Assembly: GCF_009834535.1 (NCBI RefSeq)
Contig: NC_045697.1
Span: 75,580,001-75,644,000 of the forward strand
Source of the DNA: Camelus ferus
Taxonomy: Eukaryota
Direction of reading: 5' to 3'
DNA length: 64,000 nt
Shown here: positions 37,421-51,410 of the stretch, in pieces
Numbering within the stretch: position 1 is the stretch's first letter
Layout: the number at the start of each line of letters is the position of its first letter
Made by a program: the position numbers and the translations under genes
Notes under the pieces: model-generated
Told to the model about the DNA's origin: nothing
Seen by the model: the letters and a program-made list of their open reading frames with translations, nothing else
The model's database searches: none

Positions 37421-40400
37421 GCAATGAAATTCAAATAACACATTGAATCTAACAGAAAAAAAGAGGGAGGAAGAGTTTTGCAAATTCTTATTCTTTATTT
37501 GATTCAGAGTAACCCTATCAATTGTCTCTCTTTGGCTCTACCAAGAGATTTTCAAGATTTTGAGACTTTCTCAAAAGCTAGGGGTTTTTCACACAAGCTT
37601 GAAAGTAGAGAACTTTGATCCTGTGATTTGTTTCTATAACATAAGCCTCAGGTTTACTTTTGCTTGCTCTCATGGTACCAACCATCCAGTAGGCTATGTG
37701 CCCAGCATTGTGCCCAGCAGTTAATATGCACTGCCTCACCTTCGTGGTCCTCCCCCTCCTCCTTCACAGCCATCACTGCCACCATCAGCCAACACCACTG
37801 CTGCACCTAAAGTTCTTCCTCGTCCTAACATCTTCACCACTTCACTCTACTGCAAGAACCCTCTCCCTGTGCTTCTGCCCTTCATCTCCTCTTGTCTAGG
37901 AAAATCTTAGGGAGCAAAAAATGAATCTTCCACTCACAGCTTTTTCTTTTTCAGACTTTCTTTGTTCTCAGTCACTACAGTCCAGATCACTGCTCCCCAG
38001 TGATATTTATAGTCTCTCCAGCAATTTATATTTGCACCTTCATCCTTCTCAAAGATTGAGGGATAGCCAGAGTTCTTGTCTTGATCCTTTGTTCCACCTC
38101 TGATAGAGATGTCCATATCAAAAGTCTGACTGTTTCCCAAACAGTATCTGAAGTTACTGTTGTAAAGAGATTGGCAGATAGACTTTGGGGGAAGTAGGTG
38201 GAAGTAAATAGAATGGGGTGATATTGGAGAACTGAAAGCATGATTATTTCTTAATTTTGCTTAGCACCCAAATTTCAAGCTTGAACATTTTTTGCAGTAC
38301 CATGCAAAGCACATAAGCTCTATACTTTGGCTACTACTCTGTTCATGTATTGAAAACAGAATCAACATTTAAGGGTGATGTGAAGATTAATGTGTTGACA
38401 TTTTCAGTGTACACTGGAATCTCTAAATGAAAGATGGATTGCTTTAGCAACTTCCATAAGTAGGCAAATCTTGGCTGGGTGAGTCCCCTGCTTCATTCTC
38501 CCCAATACACTGGTCTCTATAGAGGGGATCTGAACATGTAAGGAAGATATTTTTACCTTGGTAGGTAAGATTCTATTTCAACCCTATTGAAATATATGGC
38601 CTCTAGAAACATCCCTTGAGACTAGTTTCCCCTGAGATTACTAAAACAAAAACCAAGGTTGGGGGTTGGGGAGGCAGAGGATGTGGAATTTACCTGAAGG
38701 AGCTTGGAATGTTTAGAAAATACTCAAGGAAATTAATATCACAGCCTCTTTGGTGTTTGTCCTGTTGCTGTGTTTTATAGCGAGAATGAGAGCTGATTGC
38801 AGTTGGCTCTTTCTCCTGCCAGAGAAAGCTTTCCAAGCTTTCACCAACATTAAGTACACTCACCTCTACTTCTTGCAGAAAACCTTCAATGCAAAGAATT
38901 AAGGGAGGCAGACTAGAGGCACTGTTAGCCTTCCACAGAATACCTGCAGGAGGTTCTCCCTCACAGCCCCTTCCCTGAGACACAAGTGATTTCAGCCTCT
39001 AGAACTGAACTGTGTTACAAGTCTCTCTCTCACCTGGTTACGTAAGTGTGCTTGTTGTAGTCTCATTGCACTGTTAAGACAATAATATGTGTCGGTTGCT
39101 AAGAGGATTTGAAAGGAAAAGATTTCCAAAGCAGATTTTAAGGACATTCTTGGTTTCTTAAGTCACCATGGTGACATAGCATATTTAGCAGATGGTGAGA
39201 GTCTTTTCACTGATGCTAACCTCTCACTGGTCCTCAGTTTTGTTTCTTCAGTGCAGCAGTTTGATCTACATCCAAAGGTTCTCTTTCTCAGGTAATTCTT
39301 CCAAAGAAAAAAATCTAGTGTCCTAATCTGAATATTGTGTCAAGTAACTGCTTTTCACTTTTGTGACATAGTTATCAGAGTGAAGCGAAAGGAAGAGAAG
39401 CTATCAGCTCCAAACGGGATACCCTTGTTCACGTTCCTCTTGTCTGGATGCTTCTGATTTCAAGGCAGTTCTGAAGAAGATTCCAGGCTATCGTTTTGTT
39501 TCTGCAAGACGAATAGAGTGGTGACTTAGAAGACAAAAGTAGTAATGGATGGAATCACCAAAATGTGACTGTTACAAGAATTTCCTAAAACTAACTGCGT
39601 ATTTAATTGTTTTACTTAGGGTGCTTTTGTTTGCTGGTCTGTATTTAAATACACAAGTAAGGACACCAATGGAAGAAAGAGACTTCGAATATCTTCGACC
39701 CACTGCTAAGATGTCCTCATGAATTGCAGCAAACTCATATCCAAAAGGAAAAGGGCATCACCCAGAGATCAGCACTTGTTAGTTTCCAAAGTGCTGCTCC
39801 CAGTTTTCATTTGCAATCTGATCTCCCAAGAGAAGGGGTCACTGTGTGTAATACACACAAAGCACGCTTGGTTCTTGGGCCTGGCCAACACCTGTGTCTC
39901 TGTTTTCATGCAATGTTTCAGATCTCCAATGTGAAGACAGGTCTGTGCAGTGTTTGAGTCAAAGCAATCCTTCCATGGACTTTGGGCTCTTCTGAGTCTC
40001 ACTCAAATGTCCATTCTCCTGTTCACCTGGAGAAACCATGTGCTGTATCACACTGGAAGCCAGATGATTTTTTCATACCCGCATGTTTGTGTCTGATGAT
40101 ATTTTTAAAACCACAAGTTCCTGCTAAATACTTTGATGTGACTCATAAATAAAATATAATATAAAATCATAAAATTTTAAATCTATACAACTGAATCACA
40201 TTCTTAAAATCAGTGTAAGTGGATTCCCTTCACATGTGTACACACACATACACACAAAGACCCATTCACCATTGGAGATAGTGTAATAGTTGTGGTTCTT
40301 TTCCGTTTAAGTTTTCTAAGTAAGTCTTTTGCAAGGTGGGTGGTTATGAGATCTCTCCCACATATGTTGTTACATTCAAAAAAAAAAGGAAAAAAAAGAA

Positions 40401-40964
40401 GTTTTGAAACTACTTTTCCTGATCATATAGTTACTGATTACCTTAGACAGGAACAGCAGATGCGAGCTGAGGCCAAGCTGGGGTCAGGCTGGGGCCTCAA
40501 TCATTGTGAACACACAGAGAGCTCCACCACTGACATCATCATTCAAGAAGCAGGAATTAATGAGGTTGAGTCTGAGGACAAGGATTCTGAGATTCAGTGG
40601 CCAGGAAGGAGGGCTCACCAAAGGCTACCTGATGTGAGGGGACCACTCCATGTGCAGTGTACGATGCCTTCATGCTCCTCATGCCACTTCCATCATTGCT
40701 CCTCCATCACCACATTGCCACTTCATTTTTGATCCTTAATGACTTGATAAAAAAGGTGAGGAGAAGGCCACAACATGAAGCCTTTTCTATGAAGATTTCC
40801 ATGCTTCCTCTTACTTCTTTTGTTTCCTCCATATCTGAGGGCAACTTCCTTTGTCTCCATTCCACTTACCTTATTGAAAATCTCACCTGGTAGTAACTGC
40901 AGCAAAAGAGTACCTTTTCCCATTTGTTTTAAACAAAATCTAGTGATTCTTTAGCCTTAAAGTC

Positions 40965-41350
40965 TGTCTTAGTTTATTCAGCTTGCCATAACAAAATACA
41001 ATACACTAGATGGCTTAAACAGAAGAAACTTATTTTCTCACAATTCTGGAGGTGGAAAGTCAAAGCTCAAATTCCGGCAAGGTTTGGTTTTTGGCTTACA
41101 GATATTTGCCTTCTTGCTTCAGTCCTCAAATGCCCTTTCCTCTGAGCACTGACATAGGGAAATAGGAGTAGGGGAAGCTCTCCGGTGTCTCTTCTTATAA
41201 GGACACTAATCCTATAGGATAAGGAACTGCCATTATGACTTCATTTAACCTTAATTACTTCCTTACTCCAAACAGACTCACTGAGAGTTAGAACTGCAAC
41301 ATGTCAACTCTGGGGTGATACATTTAGCCCATAACATTTAGTTCATAACA
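40965..41350 (-). mobile_element. MaLR solo LTR (MLT1A-like)
   Basis: 'tgtcttagtttattcagcttgccataacaaaatac...tctcacaattctggagg...gtctcttcttataaggacactaatcc...ataaca'. Confidence 0.88.
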
Positions 41351-41519
41351 ATGGTACTCAAATAAAATTTCTTTAGTTGGAAATCTCTTTTCTCCATATA
41401 CTGGCTAGAATCTTCACTCATACAAGGCATGACACCTTCCTACCCTTTATACTCTGAAGCAGCTCTCAAGTGTACAGACTGTTATATCAAATGGAAAGAT
41501 ACACAATGAGAGTCACTGT

Positions 41520-41790
41520 CCTAGATAAATAATTTCTAAACTCTAATCCATGAAATATGAATAAGGGTCCCTCAAAAGAATGTTTGTTGGGTCAAATAAG
41601 TTAGAAAAATGCAGCAAGCTATTTTTCTCCTTTACTTAGTTATAGGGTATGTTGAAATTTGAAAGATTCGGTAAAGTCCTACAGTTTAAAAAAAAAAAAG
41701 AAAAAGGAAAATTTTAATTTTAATACAATTTTCCCCAACTTTTTGAACAAAGAACCTACAAAGCATAGTTAAGAAGATTATGTCCTAAAT
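41520..41790. mobile_element. Old hAT-Charlie MITE relic
   Basis: 'ggtcaaataagttagaaaaatgc...gaaagattcggtaaagtcctacagt...ttccccaactttttgaac' resembles MER112/MER113-class elements. Confidence 0.45.
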
Positions 41791-44700
41791 CAATCTAATT
41801 AAGAGAGTCTATAAACTTTTCTCACTGGAAATTTCTCAAAGGATTATTTCCCTAATCTTTGTAACCCAATTCTTAAGGCATTCCACTAGCTCTTCTGTGG
41901 TCAAGAAAAGCAATATGGCCCTAGAAAGTAAGCACAACCTGAAGGATATGAAGCTCTGTATTCTACTTTTGATTCTGCTACCAACTTGCTCCATTACTTT
42001 CTGATTCTGTTTTTTCATCTTTTTTTCAGATACCTATAGGATTATTTTGTACTATGGTTGTTAGACAAATTGGAAATATGAAAGCTCTATATGAAGGATA
42101 AATCAAGGTATACAAGTCCATGATCAGGATAACATAATTTAACCTAATTCATCCTTTTTCAGTTGTAAGGATATTAAAAAAAAAAAAAACTTTCTAATAA
42201 GATAATCTATGAATTTAGAAAGTAAGCATGTCTGATGTTAGTACTATCCCTGTGTCTCAGATGTAATAGAGTGTACTCCCCAAGAATCTGCAAGGATACA
42301 TTTAATAACATGCATGCATGTGCGCTCAGGGACATACAATACAGATGTGTGTGTGTGTGATGAAGTGAGTTTAAATGAAGAAATTCTGTTTTAAGAGCTC
42401 TCAAGTCATCCAAATTGTTTATATAAGCTAATTGATCTGTGCATAGTGCAAGATTATAAGCAGATCATTACACATCTTAAGAACAGCTGCAAAATAGTTA
42501 CTTCACAATAAATACAACTGTAAACACCATGTAGTCCCCAAACTTTCAAACCTTAACTTTTTATTGGTTCGCTAAAACACAAGATTATATCTAGGAGTTT
42601 CACATCCAAATCACCCTCCGTTCATCACTGTGTTTGGCCTAAGACACTGGGAAAATGGCAGCTGGGTCAATGAAACTTTTGAACCACACTGAGGAAAGTC
42701 GTCAGAAGTTTCCACATTACTGGTGAAAACAACTAGCTACACCCACAAACAGTGCTTTAAAATAATCTAAAATTGATCCCACTTTTATATCTGGATACAA
42801 ATCAGATTAAAAGAACTGCAGGGAAGTGAGCAATGCTCCCATCGTCCTCCTCATCGCAGTCTTGTTTGCGTGAAGGTGGAAAGTAGGAGCACGTGGGCTG
42901 AGCAGGAGAAAGTAAACGGGACCCTGAGGCCTTCTTAGCCTCATTCCACGGGAAATCTGATTAAACAATGCCTTTAAAACAGGCATTCTCCCAGCACCTT
43001 TCAGTTCTTCTTTTACAACATTTATTATATATGCAATGACTTCTTTACTGTCTGAATTTCTCGATAGAGTATAAATTCCTTGAGGGGTAAAGACTGGGTC
43101 AGTTCTGATGAGAGCTCCATGCCTTAGCACAATACCTGGAATGTAGTATATACTCAGTATTTCTTAATGGAAATGAAGACAAATTTTGAGGATTCGAACA
43201 TTTTAGGAATGGGGATTTCTTTTTCTAAGAAAGACAAATAAAGTCATAAGTGCAGAAAAAGGCAGTAAGAAGAAAAGTTTTCACACTGTGACCACATCAT
43301 CACATTTACTAAGATCTGTCTTATTTTCAACGAGCTAAAATCTAAAATTTTTGTTGTAAGCAGAGACTAACAAATTGCTGCAGAAAAACAAACCCCAATA
43401 GCAGAACTACCAGTGAAATTAGCAGGGAAGAGAACACACCTATCTTGAAACTAATCTGGTCACACATGCCAGTTGCAGCACTAAAGCCCCTACCCCTTTC
43501 CTGAAAAAACTGACCAAAACTGGAATCTCTTGTTAAAACCAAGATTTGTCAAGTTACTGAATTTGAGCTAGGCTGAACTGAGTACTCAAAGAGGAAATTT
43601 CAGATGATTCTGTATTTTAATGCAGTAATTAGACAGAGGAGAAAAATAGAAAGGAGAAAGGAATATAATAGACCAAATCTTCAAAATAGACATAAAAATG
43701 AAAAACAGTCACTATTTCAGCCTCTTGGGATTGGCAACGTCGCATGGGTCACTTTACAAGGCTTCCAGGCACTCCTGCTCACTGCCCAGGTACTGCAGCA
43801 AGAAGAAATTCTGACAAAGCTTTGTGGCATGTTTGCTTATATGTCAGAAAGGGAAGACTTTCAGGAAGAAAAATGCATATCAGAGAAACATAAATTCAAA
43901 GTTCTGAAGTATTACTGAATAAGTTGCTTATTTTTAAAACATTTTGAAATCTAAAGTTTAATGGTAAAAAATATAATGAAAAGAAAATGCCAATGGGACT
44001 TGGCATATACAGTATGTGTATATTTAACTATAAAGTATATACATGTGCTAGCAATCCATACATTAAATAGAATATTAGTAAAACTTAATTTCTTTCTTGG
44101 TTTTTTTTACATAAACACACACAAAAATATAAATTACATTTCTTTCTTTCTACTCCTCAATTAATTATCATGTGCTATCCCAAAGCTCCATGCTGCTCTC
44201 AGAATGGCCTTTGCTCTGGGAGTTTGAAAATTTAAAAATAAATCTTCAAAACTCATTTATACGTCAGAAAATAAGTGGCAGGACATTTGAGGGAGAAAAG
44301 AACATTAGATGAATGGGTTGAGTTAGCCTCTGTGGGGACATAATCAGCAACTCATTCTCACACTGGTAATTAAAACTGAAAAAAGTCTGAATTAATGGGA
44401 TAATTATATTTTTCAGCAATCAAGGATGAGTTTCTTGGATTATATATAAAATTTATTTCTTTTAAATTCCAAACAAATTTACAAAAAAATCCTCGTTGGG
44501 ACAATTTGACTTATAATGTAGATGCTGTCAGAATATAGAAAAGAGTGGATACCCCGTGTCTGTATGACTAGAGGTGGAAAAACAGGGAGAGGGAATACTG
44601 GTTACATAAGACCAAAAGAAAAGGGAATCAGAATGGTGTAAGCAGAAACTGAAGCTATAAGGATATCATTAGCTCAGTTATTTTGAAAGGACATAAATGG

Positions 44701-45329
44701 TAAGAATCTATTTGTATATAAACAGGGACGTTCATATGACAAGTATAAACTTTCCTTTCTGCATAAATCCCAAATATCTTCAATAACATCCTTACTATTT
44801 GACTTAAACTGCACGAGTTTGATAATGAATTCACCAAAGGAAATTCCCACTTACAGGAAAAGACAGATTTACAATTTTCCCTTGAGACCCCAAATATAAA
44901 TTCAGTTTTTCTTAACCCCCAAAGTTGCAGGTGCTTTCCATTTTTGCAAATACGTATTTGTATGACTAGTCTACCACTAGATGTTATAAATAAATTTTAG
45001 TTATTTTTTTTTACAAAAGGCCATGTATTAAAATCCCACTTCAGCAATTAAACCTTAGAACAAAAGAAACTCTGTTTGAATTACTGCTGGGTTCTTCACC
45101 AAGTGTTTTATGCACCAAGCTCTTCCTGTGGTGCTGAAGTTCTATTTCTGACCTATTCAGTGTATTCTTTCCTGTTCAGGAGATTTTTGACTCCATGACA
45201 TCTCCTTTTTCTCAAGAATTCTTTCACTTAAGTAATACTGGCCCATTTTTAGCAAAATTTTTTATCCTCACTCTGCTTGAAAAATAAAAGTTGCCACCTA
45301 TAGAACACTTTCAATTTCCACAAAGGTTT

Positions 45330-45830
45330 CCTCACAATAAAATGCTGACCAGAATTACAATAATTCCAAAAGTGTTTTCTCTGGCTTCTTATTTAATGTT
45401 GGAATAACTTACTGTGGATGTACTATTTCTTTTGCTATTATGCACTCTAAGACTGCATTTTACTACTGCCAGATTGAATGTAGATGGCTTCAGCGTAGAA
45501 GCCCAGGTCTCTTTTCCTGATCAGTAGTCTTCATGGGGCTTTAATTTCAAACTGTTGATCCTATGACTTATCAATTCTCCACACAAATCACTTTTCTCTC
45601 AAAGAGTAAAACACCGAGATTATTACAAAATGGCCCATTTTATACCATCATAATCACTATTCTTTTGCATTTGTCACCACTCAAATCACTATGTTTCAAA
45701 TACCCATCCTTAATATATCATGCAGACATCATCAACTTGGGCATAATGTTACTTCTTGAGCACTTACTTCACTTCCTCTCTCCACCCACCAGTTATCAAC
45801 ATTCACCGTATTTTTCCCATCTGTAGGTGA
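45330..45830 (-). mobile_element. CR1/L3 LINE relic
   Basis: 'aatgctgaccagaatt', 'atgcactctaagactgcatt' and 'gaagcccaggtctctttt' resemble antisense CR1 RT sequence. Confidence 0.4.
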
Positions 45831-46003
45831 AATGTTCGTTTTATTTTCCCCCATTTTCTATCTTAAATCAGGCCAAAACTAAAACCAAGTCCTCAACCTT
45901 TCGATTACAAAAACTTCAAAAAATCTGTATACAGTGATGCAGTGAGAAAAACGTCAGGGGAGGGATAACTCCACTATAAATGTTGAAGTTTCCATTAACT
46001 CAT

Positions 46004-46428
46004 TGTTGTAGGCTGAATGGTGGCCCTCGAAAAGATACATCCACGTCCCAGAATCAGTGAATTCAATCTCATTTAGAAAAAGCAACTTTGCAGATGTAAT
46101 CAAGTTAAGGATTTCAAGATGAAATCATCTAGATTATCCACGTGGGCACTAAATCCAATGGCAAGTTTCCTTATAAGAGATAGAGAAGACACACAAAAGA
46201 AAGGAGGGCAGAGAGGGTAGCTATGCAGTCACAAGTCAAGAAATGCCCATCAGTAATGCTGGAAGAGGCAAAAAGGGATTCTCTCCTAGAGCCTTCAGAA
46301 TGAACACAGTCCATCTAACACCTTGATTTTGGACTTCTGGGCACCAGAACTAGGAGATGATAGATTTATACTGTTTTAAGCCACTCAGTTTGTGGTAGTT
46401 TGTTATAGCATCTCTAGGAGCTAATAAA
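46004..46428 (+). mobile_element. MaLR solo LTR (MLT1C/D-like)
   Basis: 'tgttgtaggctgaatggtggcc...ctttgcagatgtaatcaagttaagga...ggattctctcctagagccttcaga...ttttaagccactcagtttgtggt'. Confidence 0.9.
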
Positions 46429-47773
46429 CCTATTACGATTACATAGAGTTTATTTAGGAAGAAAACACTCAAGTCATGACCCTTGAATGCAAATACATAC
46501 TGGCATCACAAAATCTGAGTCACCTGATGGTTCATTCATTCAGTGAATACTGAGCATCTATTATTTGCCAGGCTCGTGCTAATTCCTGGGAATACGTGGG
46601 TAGGCAAAAAGAGTTGTTCCTGCCTGAATGGAGCTGAAATGGTTAAGCGTTTTGGTCCAAAATGAAACCAAAGGCAACTCCAATTTTCTAACAGAAAATA
46701 AATCTCGGAAATGTTTTTTAACTGTTTGGAAGTCCTTAATTATGTGTCAAATAATTAATAACATGTGAATAAGTTTTCTTCCAAGCACACAGCTTCAAAA
46801 ATGAAGGAAAAAAAGCATTTGGCCAAATATATTTTGGATTTTACTGAATTTAATGAAGTCTTTAGGGAAATGGTTGGAAGGCACGATGAACTCTTAAGTA
46901 CCACAGTGATGATAAAATAAGTATACCATCATTTAAGTGAGTATCGCTTGTTTGTTTGCTTTTGAAAAGCTAAACACACTTTGTATATGTTAAACATGTT
47001 TTTTCACCATAGGCTAGACAAATTTGGGAAATCCATGAGGTTGAATGAAGCATGGGGATTTCCTGCTTAACCATACCGCATTTATTAATAACAATAATAA
47101 CTATCATTTATTGTGATGATTATTTGTCAGGCACTTTGCTAAGTGTTTTATACACAGGATCCCCTTTGATCTACAAAACAACCTGAATAGATTGGTGCCC
47201 ACTTTCTTCGAAGCCAGCCATTTACTTGCATTCCTAAAAACCTCATGCCCTTCCCAGATAAATGGCTAAGGATCTGCAAACTTTTGTAACCTCTGCCTCT
47301 CTTATTGTTCCTCTATGCCTTCTCCTGTTCTTCCTCTCTTGCAGTTAACCATTGAAATGAACATCACAATCCTAGAAATACGACTCAAAGTGATTATGGA
47401 TCTATGAAGAAGTCTCCATTCTTCATTAGGTAGAGCTGAAGACAGAAACAGCTCCAGGCTTGAAAGCACTTTTTCCTAACATTCTGGGAATGACCCCCTC
47501 TGCTTTGACATCCATGTTGCCTTCAGACATACTGACACACAAGGGCCAACATACTGCCAATTAAGATTTCATCCTTTCCTCCCCAACCAATCACTTCTGT
47601 TCTGCTTTATCCTGCCTATGGCGGAGAGGTAGCACTGCTAAATGGATTCTATGGTGCAATTAGCACAAAATTTGCTGATTGTCTGCAGTCTAACTGACCC
47701 ATGGTAAAAAACCTAAAAGAAGGGGTTCTAATAGAGCCTGAAGGAATCTGCTGTCACAAAGGGTCTATGTTAA

Positions 47774-48070
47774 ACAGAAACAGACTGACAGACACAGTAA
47801 ACAATCCTATGGTTAATGGGAAAATGGGTGGGAGGGGATAAACTTGGGAGTTTGAGATTTATAAATGTTAGCCACTATATATAAAAGCAAATTTTTTTAA
47901 GTTTCTTTTGTATAGCACAGGGAACTATGTTCAACATCTTGTAATAACCTTTAATGGAAAAAAATATGAAAACGAATATATGTATGTATATGCATGACTG
48001 GGACATTGTACTGTCCACCAGAGATTGACACATTGTAATCGACTGTACCTCAATTTAAAAAAAAAAAAAA
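47774..48070 (+). mobile_element. Short LINE-1 3' UTR with polyA tail
   Basis: 'acagaaacagactgacagac...tgtatagcacagggaactatgttcaacatcttgtaataacc...gactgtacctcaattt(A)n'. Confidence 0.88.
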
Positions 48071-48099
48071 GGTGCATCTTAAAAGATAGTCACACAACC

Positions 48100-48255
48100 A
48101 CTAGTTTCCAAATCTCCTACAGTACTGTTAAAAATGCTGCTTCTCAGACTCCACCTCAAACCTACTAAATCCAGAGCACAGGGCTTGAGGCCTGGAAATC
48201 TGCACTGTTAAGATTCCATGTTGTTTCTAATGTGCTTAAACAACAGAAACCACCA
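48100..48255. mobile_element. MER5-like hAT-Charlie MITE
   Basis: 'tgttaaaaatgc...ctccacctcaaacctactaaatc...ggcctggaaatctgca'. Confidence 0.65.
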
Positions 48256-48429
48256 GCCAAGGAAATGCCCCTAAGAAGTGCCTAGTAAGTGTATTTCTGC
48301 CTGCGTGGGTATGAAGTGTTTATATAGAAGGCAAGAAAAGGGAACAGAATAACCTTGAGAGATGAGAACTAAACCATATGAAAAGAATACTGGATTGGAA
48401 CTCCAGAAGCCCAGGTTCTATGCTCAACT

Positions 48430-48840
48430 CTACCATTCATTTATTTATTCAAAATATATTGATTAACTACCTACTATGTGGTGAACGTTGAACTAGGCTC
48501 TGGGGATAGATACAGCAGGAGGCAAATTCCTGACCTCAAGGAGCTTGTAAGAGAGATGGACTGTAACAAGTAAACACAAAACTATGTATCATTCAGTAAT
48601 ATGTAAGTGCCCTGAAGAAAAATAGGGTTAGAGATAGAGATGGGAGTGATACTGTTTTACAGAGGGTGGTCAGATCTGAGAAGTGAGGAAAATGAGGGAG
48701 CAAATCAGGTAGGTATCTAAAGTGAGAGCACCCATCATGGAACAACAAGTGGAAAGCTTTGAGGAAGAAGTGTATTTGTTGTATACAAGGAAGAGAAGGA
48801 AGCTAGTGTGGCTGGAGCAACAGTATTATAATGAGTGAGC
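48430..48840 (-). mobile_element. LINE-2 3' portion
   Basis: 'cattcatttatttattcaaaatatatt...cctactatgtg...cctgacctcaaggagctt...ctagtgtggctggagc'. Confidence 0.8.
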
Positions 48841-50419
48841 TCATTATAGTGGGTCTGACTCTCTTCACTCCATAAAAATTTCCTCAACATACATTTATAG
48901 GTTAAATTTAATTTCCTGTGTTTTGACCCATAGCAGGCTTGGTCTGTGACGTTCTGATTTAATCTTCTAAACAGAAGGGTGACTTGAGAAAGGTCCAACT
49001 TTTTGCTTAAATAAACTAATCAGCCAGTTATCTACAAAATCCTGCTGTCAAGGTTTACAACCTTTCCCTGACATCTTTACCTATAAAGTCATCCTACTAG
49101 GTAAGAAAGACAGAAGAGTCCATTGTATCTCAATGGCTACCATCTCTAGGAACTTGTTCTCTTGATATGCACAGAGAAACATGGAGTTCTAATTCTTAGC
49201 CATAAATATATTAGCATAAATTTGGTTTATCAGATTAGCTAAGAATCAGCAACCTGGATGCCTACTCAGTACAGAATGGCTTGGGAGTGGAGATGGAGGT
49301 GAGGAGGATAAGCTACAATAAAATTGTGTTTCCATAGGGAAAAGAGAGAGGAAGAAGAAAGCCAGAGAGGTGCCTTCATGGACTCATTATGGGATTCATA
49401 CCAATTCAAATCCTGGGCAGCTCAGAATGCAGTACAGACACAGCATGAGTATCCAAGTGTGCATATAGTGGGCTCCAAATGACAGAATTCCTGGACTGGG
49501 TCTCAAGGATAAAAATAAAGAGGGAGAAAATTCATTTATATTTTCCAAGACTGATAATCACTGCTTTGTTTTGGCTTTTTGGTTTTTGCTATATAATAAT
49601 CCCATTTCCAGCTTGACTTGCATGAGTGAGCCTTTCTTACCACCCAGCTACCTCGTCTAGGCATCTTCTGTCTCCCATTCCTCTTCTATAAGGGCCCAGC
49701 AGTCTGCCTACTGGATAGCCACACAGAGTCCCATTGTCCACCATCATAACACCTTTATAACAAACCGCAGGCATATGTAGTTCCTTCTAGTGTATTTGTT
49801 TATATTTAGACCATAGCTTTTTATTTGGAGAAAAGAGAAGAAAGCCTTTCAGAGAGAAAGTTGGCTGGAGATGACCCTCTTGGTTTGAAAATGAAGACAG
49901 CCAGGATAGGAAAAAAAAAAAAAAAAAAGGTCTTAAGAACAGTTTTTCTCTGTAGAGCAAAGAACTGAACAAACAAAAAGAGTTAACAGCAAAAGAACAA
50001 CAAAAATGTGATCTAATCTCCCTGGATGTGGCAGAGAATCCATCCAGGTATTGACAGTATATCAAGTAAATGTATTCTCAGCTATAAGGCTCATAACCAG
50101 GCTCTGTCAGTTGCACCAATTCAGAATTTTGGTTTATCAGTAGGTACACTTTTATAACTAATAATAATCAGCACTTTAGTTGCCCTTGTCTTTGCTGCTA
50201 CAAAAAAAAATTTTTATCTCAAAATTATGTCACTACTGGACTCCACTGAGTGAACCTACTTGTTTTTACGGATTTTCACAAAACTCTTGGAATGCTTCTC
50301 AAGCCAAATTCAACACATCCAATCTTCTATCCACCTGAAATATGCAGTTAGAAATATAACATAGAAAATGACATATTTTAATAAATCCACAGCCCTCTGT
50401 CCTTCTGATACTGATTTGC

Positions 50420-51410
50420 TCCAGAGTTCAGTTTTTCACCTCCTCTTTTTTTACTCTCCATGTATGTCTCTGGGCAGTTTCATCTATTTCCATAGCTGGA
50501 ACTACCATCTAAACGCTGATTAATTGCAGACCTATTTCCAGCCTAGACACACATGTCTAGTGCCTACTAGGCATCTACAAATATTCCAAGGGGAAAAGAA
50601 ACAGGAGGAAAGAACATACTACCATTGTTAAGCTTCCTCAAAGCTCCAACACCCCAGACTCATCTCACTATCACTCTTTATCCCCAAACTCTTCCTTTTC
50701 TTATATACACATCCAGTCTTGCATGGCTCCACCTGCCACCCAACCACCAAACCCAGAACCTGAAGAAGAGTCGACCTAGACTCCTTGCCCTCACTTCACC
50801 ACACATCCAACTAATTAGAAGACACTTCAGATTTTGCCTCAAATATTTTGATTAAGATCCTTTTCCTGTATCTTCTCTTCCAATGCCATAGTTTATTTTT
50901 ATCATTTTCACATGTTTGTGTAGCAACTTCAGCATTCCTCCCTCCCTCTTTCTCATCTTGGCTTCAGCTAAGTTATTCAAACTGCAAATATAATCATGTC
51001 TTTTCCTTGCTTAAAATTTTTTAATGACTATCATTTATCTTCACAAAATGTTCAAACATTTCCTGATGGTCCCTCTTGTATACCTTATACAGTATCAACA
51101 CTCACCTGCACACATTTCCCCAAGTATGCAACACTCAAGTCACAGTGCTTATGCATGCTCTTTTTTTGATGCCTCCAGAAAACTCTCCTCATCTTCTCTT
51201 CCTGCTCACCTTCTCAAGTGCCCCTCTCCATGCCAGCAGAGTTCTATAATAACATTTAGCATGCTGCACTCTTTTCCTCAGAGTTGTCTTTCTGAGCTTT
51301 TAGATTGCAAACTCCTGGAAATCACAAACTCTGTCTTTCAGCTTCACATCCTCAGTATCTAGCACAGTGCCAGGAGCTGAATAGGCTCTCAGAAGAATTT
51401 GTTTGTCCAA
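50420..51410 (+). mobile_element. LINE-2
   Basis: 'actaccatctaaacgctgat', 'cccagaacctgaagaagagtc...gactcctt' and tail 'tctagcacagtgccagg'. Confidence 0.75.

Noticed and set aside
39765..39800. CAGCACTT...AAGTGCTG hairpin containing a miR-17/302-like seed
   Set aside because: The stem is only about 8-11 bp, too short for a pre-miRNA, and the flanking sequence matches no mature miRNA I know.
40292..40732. 146-aa ORF, the longest non-TE ORF in the track
   Set aside because: It has a non-ATG start, runs through A homopolymers and shows no recognisable domain. This length is plausible by chance in 64 kb.
43721..43789. 69-nt AG..GT-bounded segment open in all three frames
   Set aside because: The polypyrimidine tract and donor (GTACTG) are weak, and none of the peptides is recognisable.
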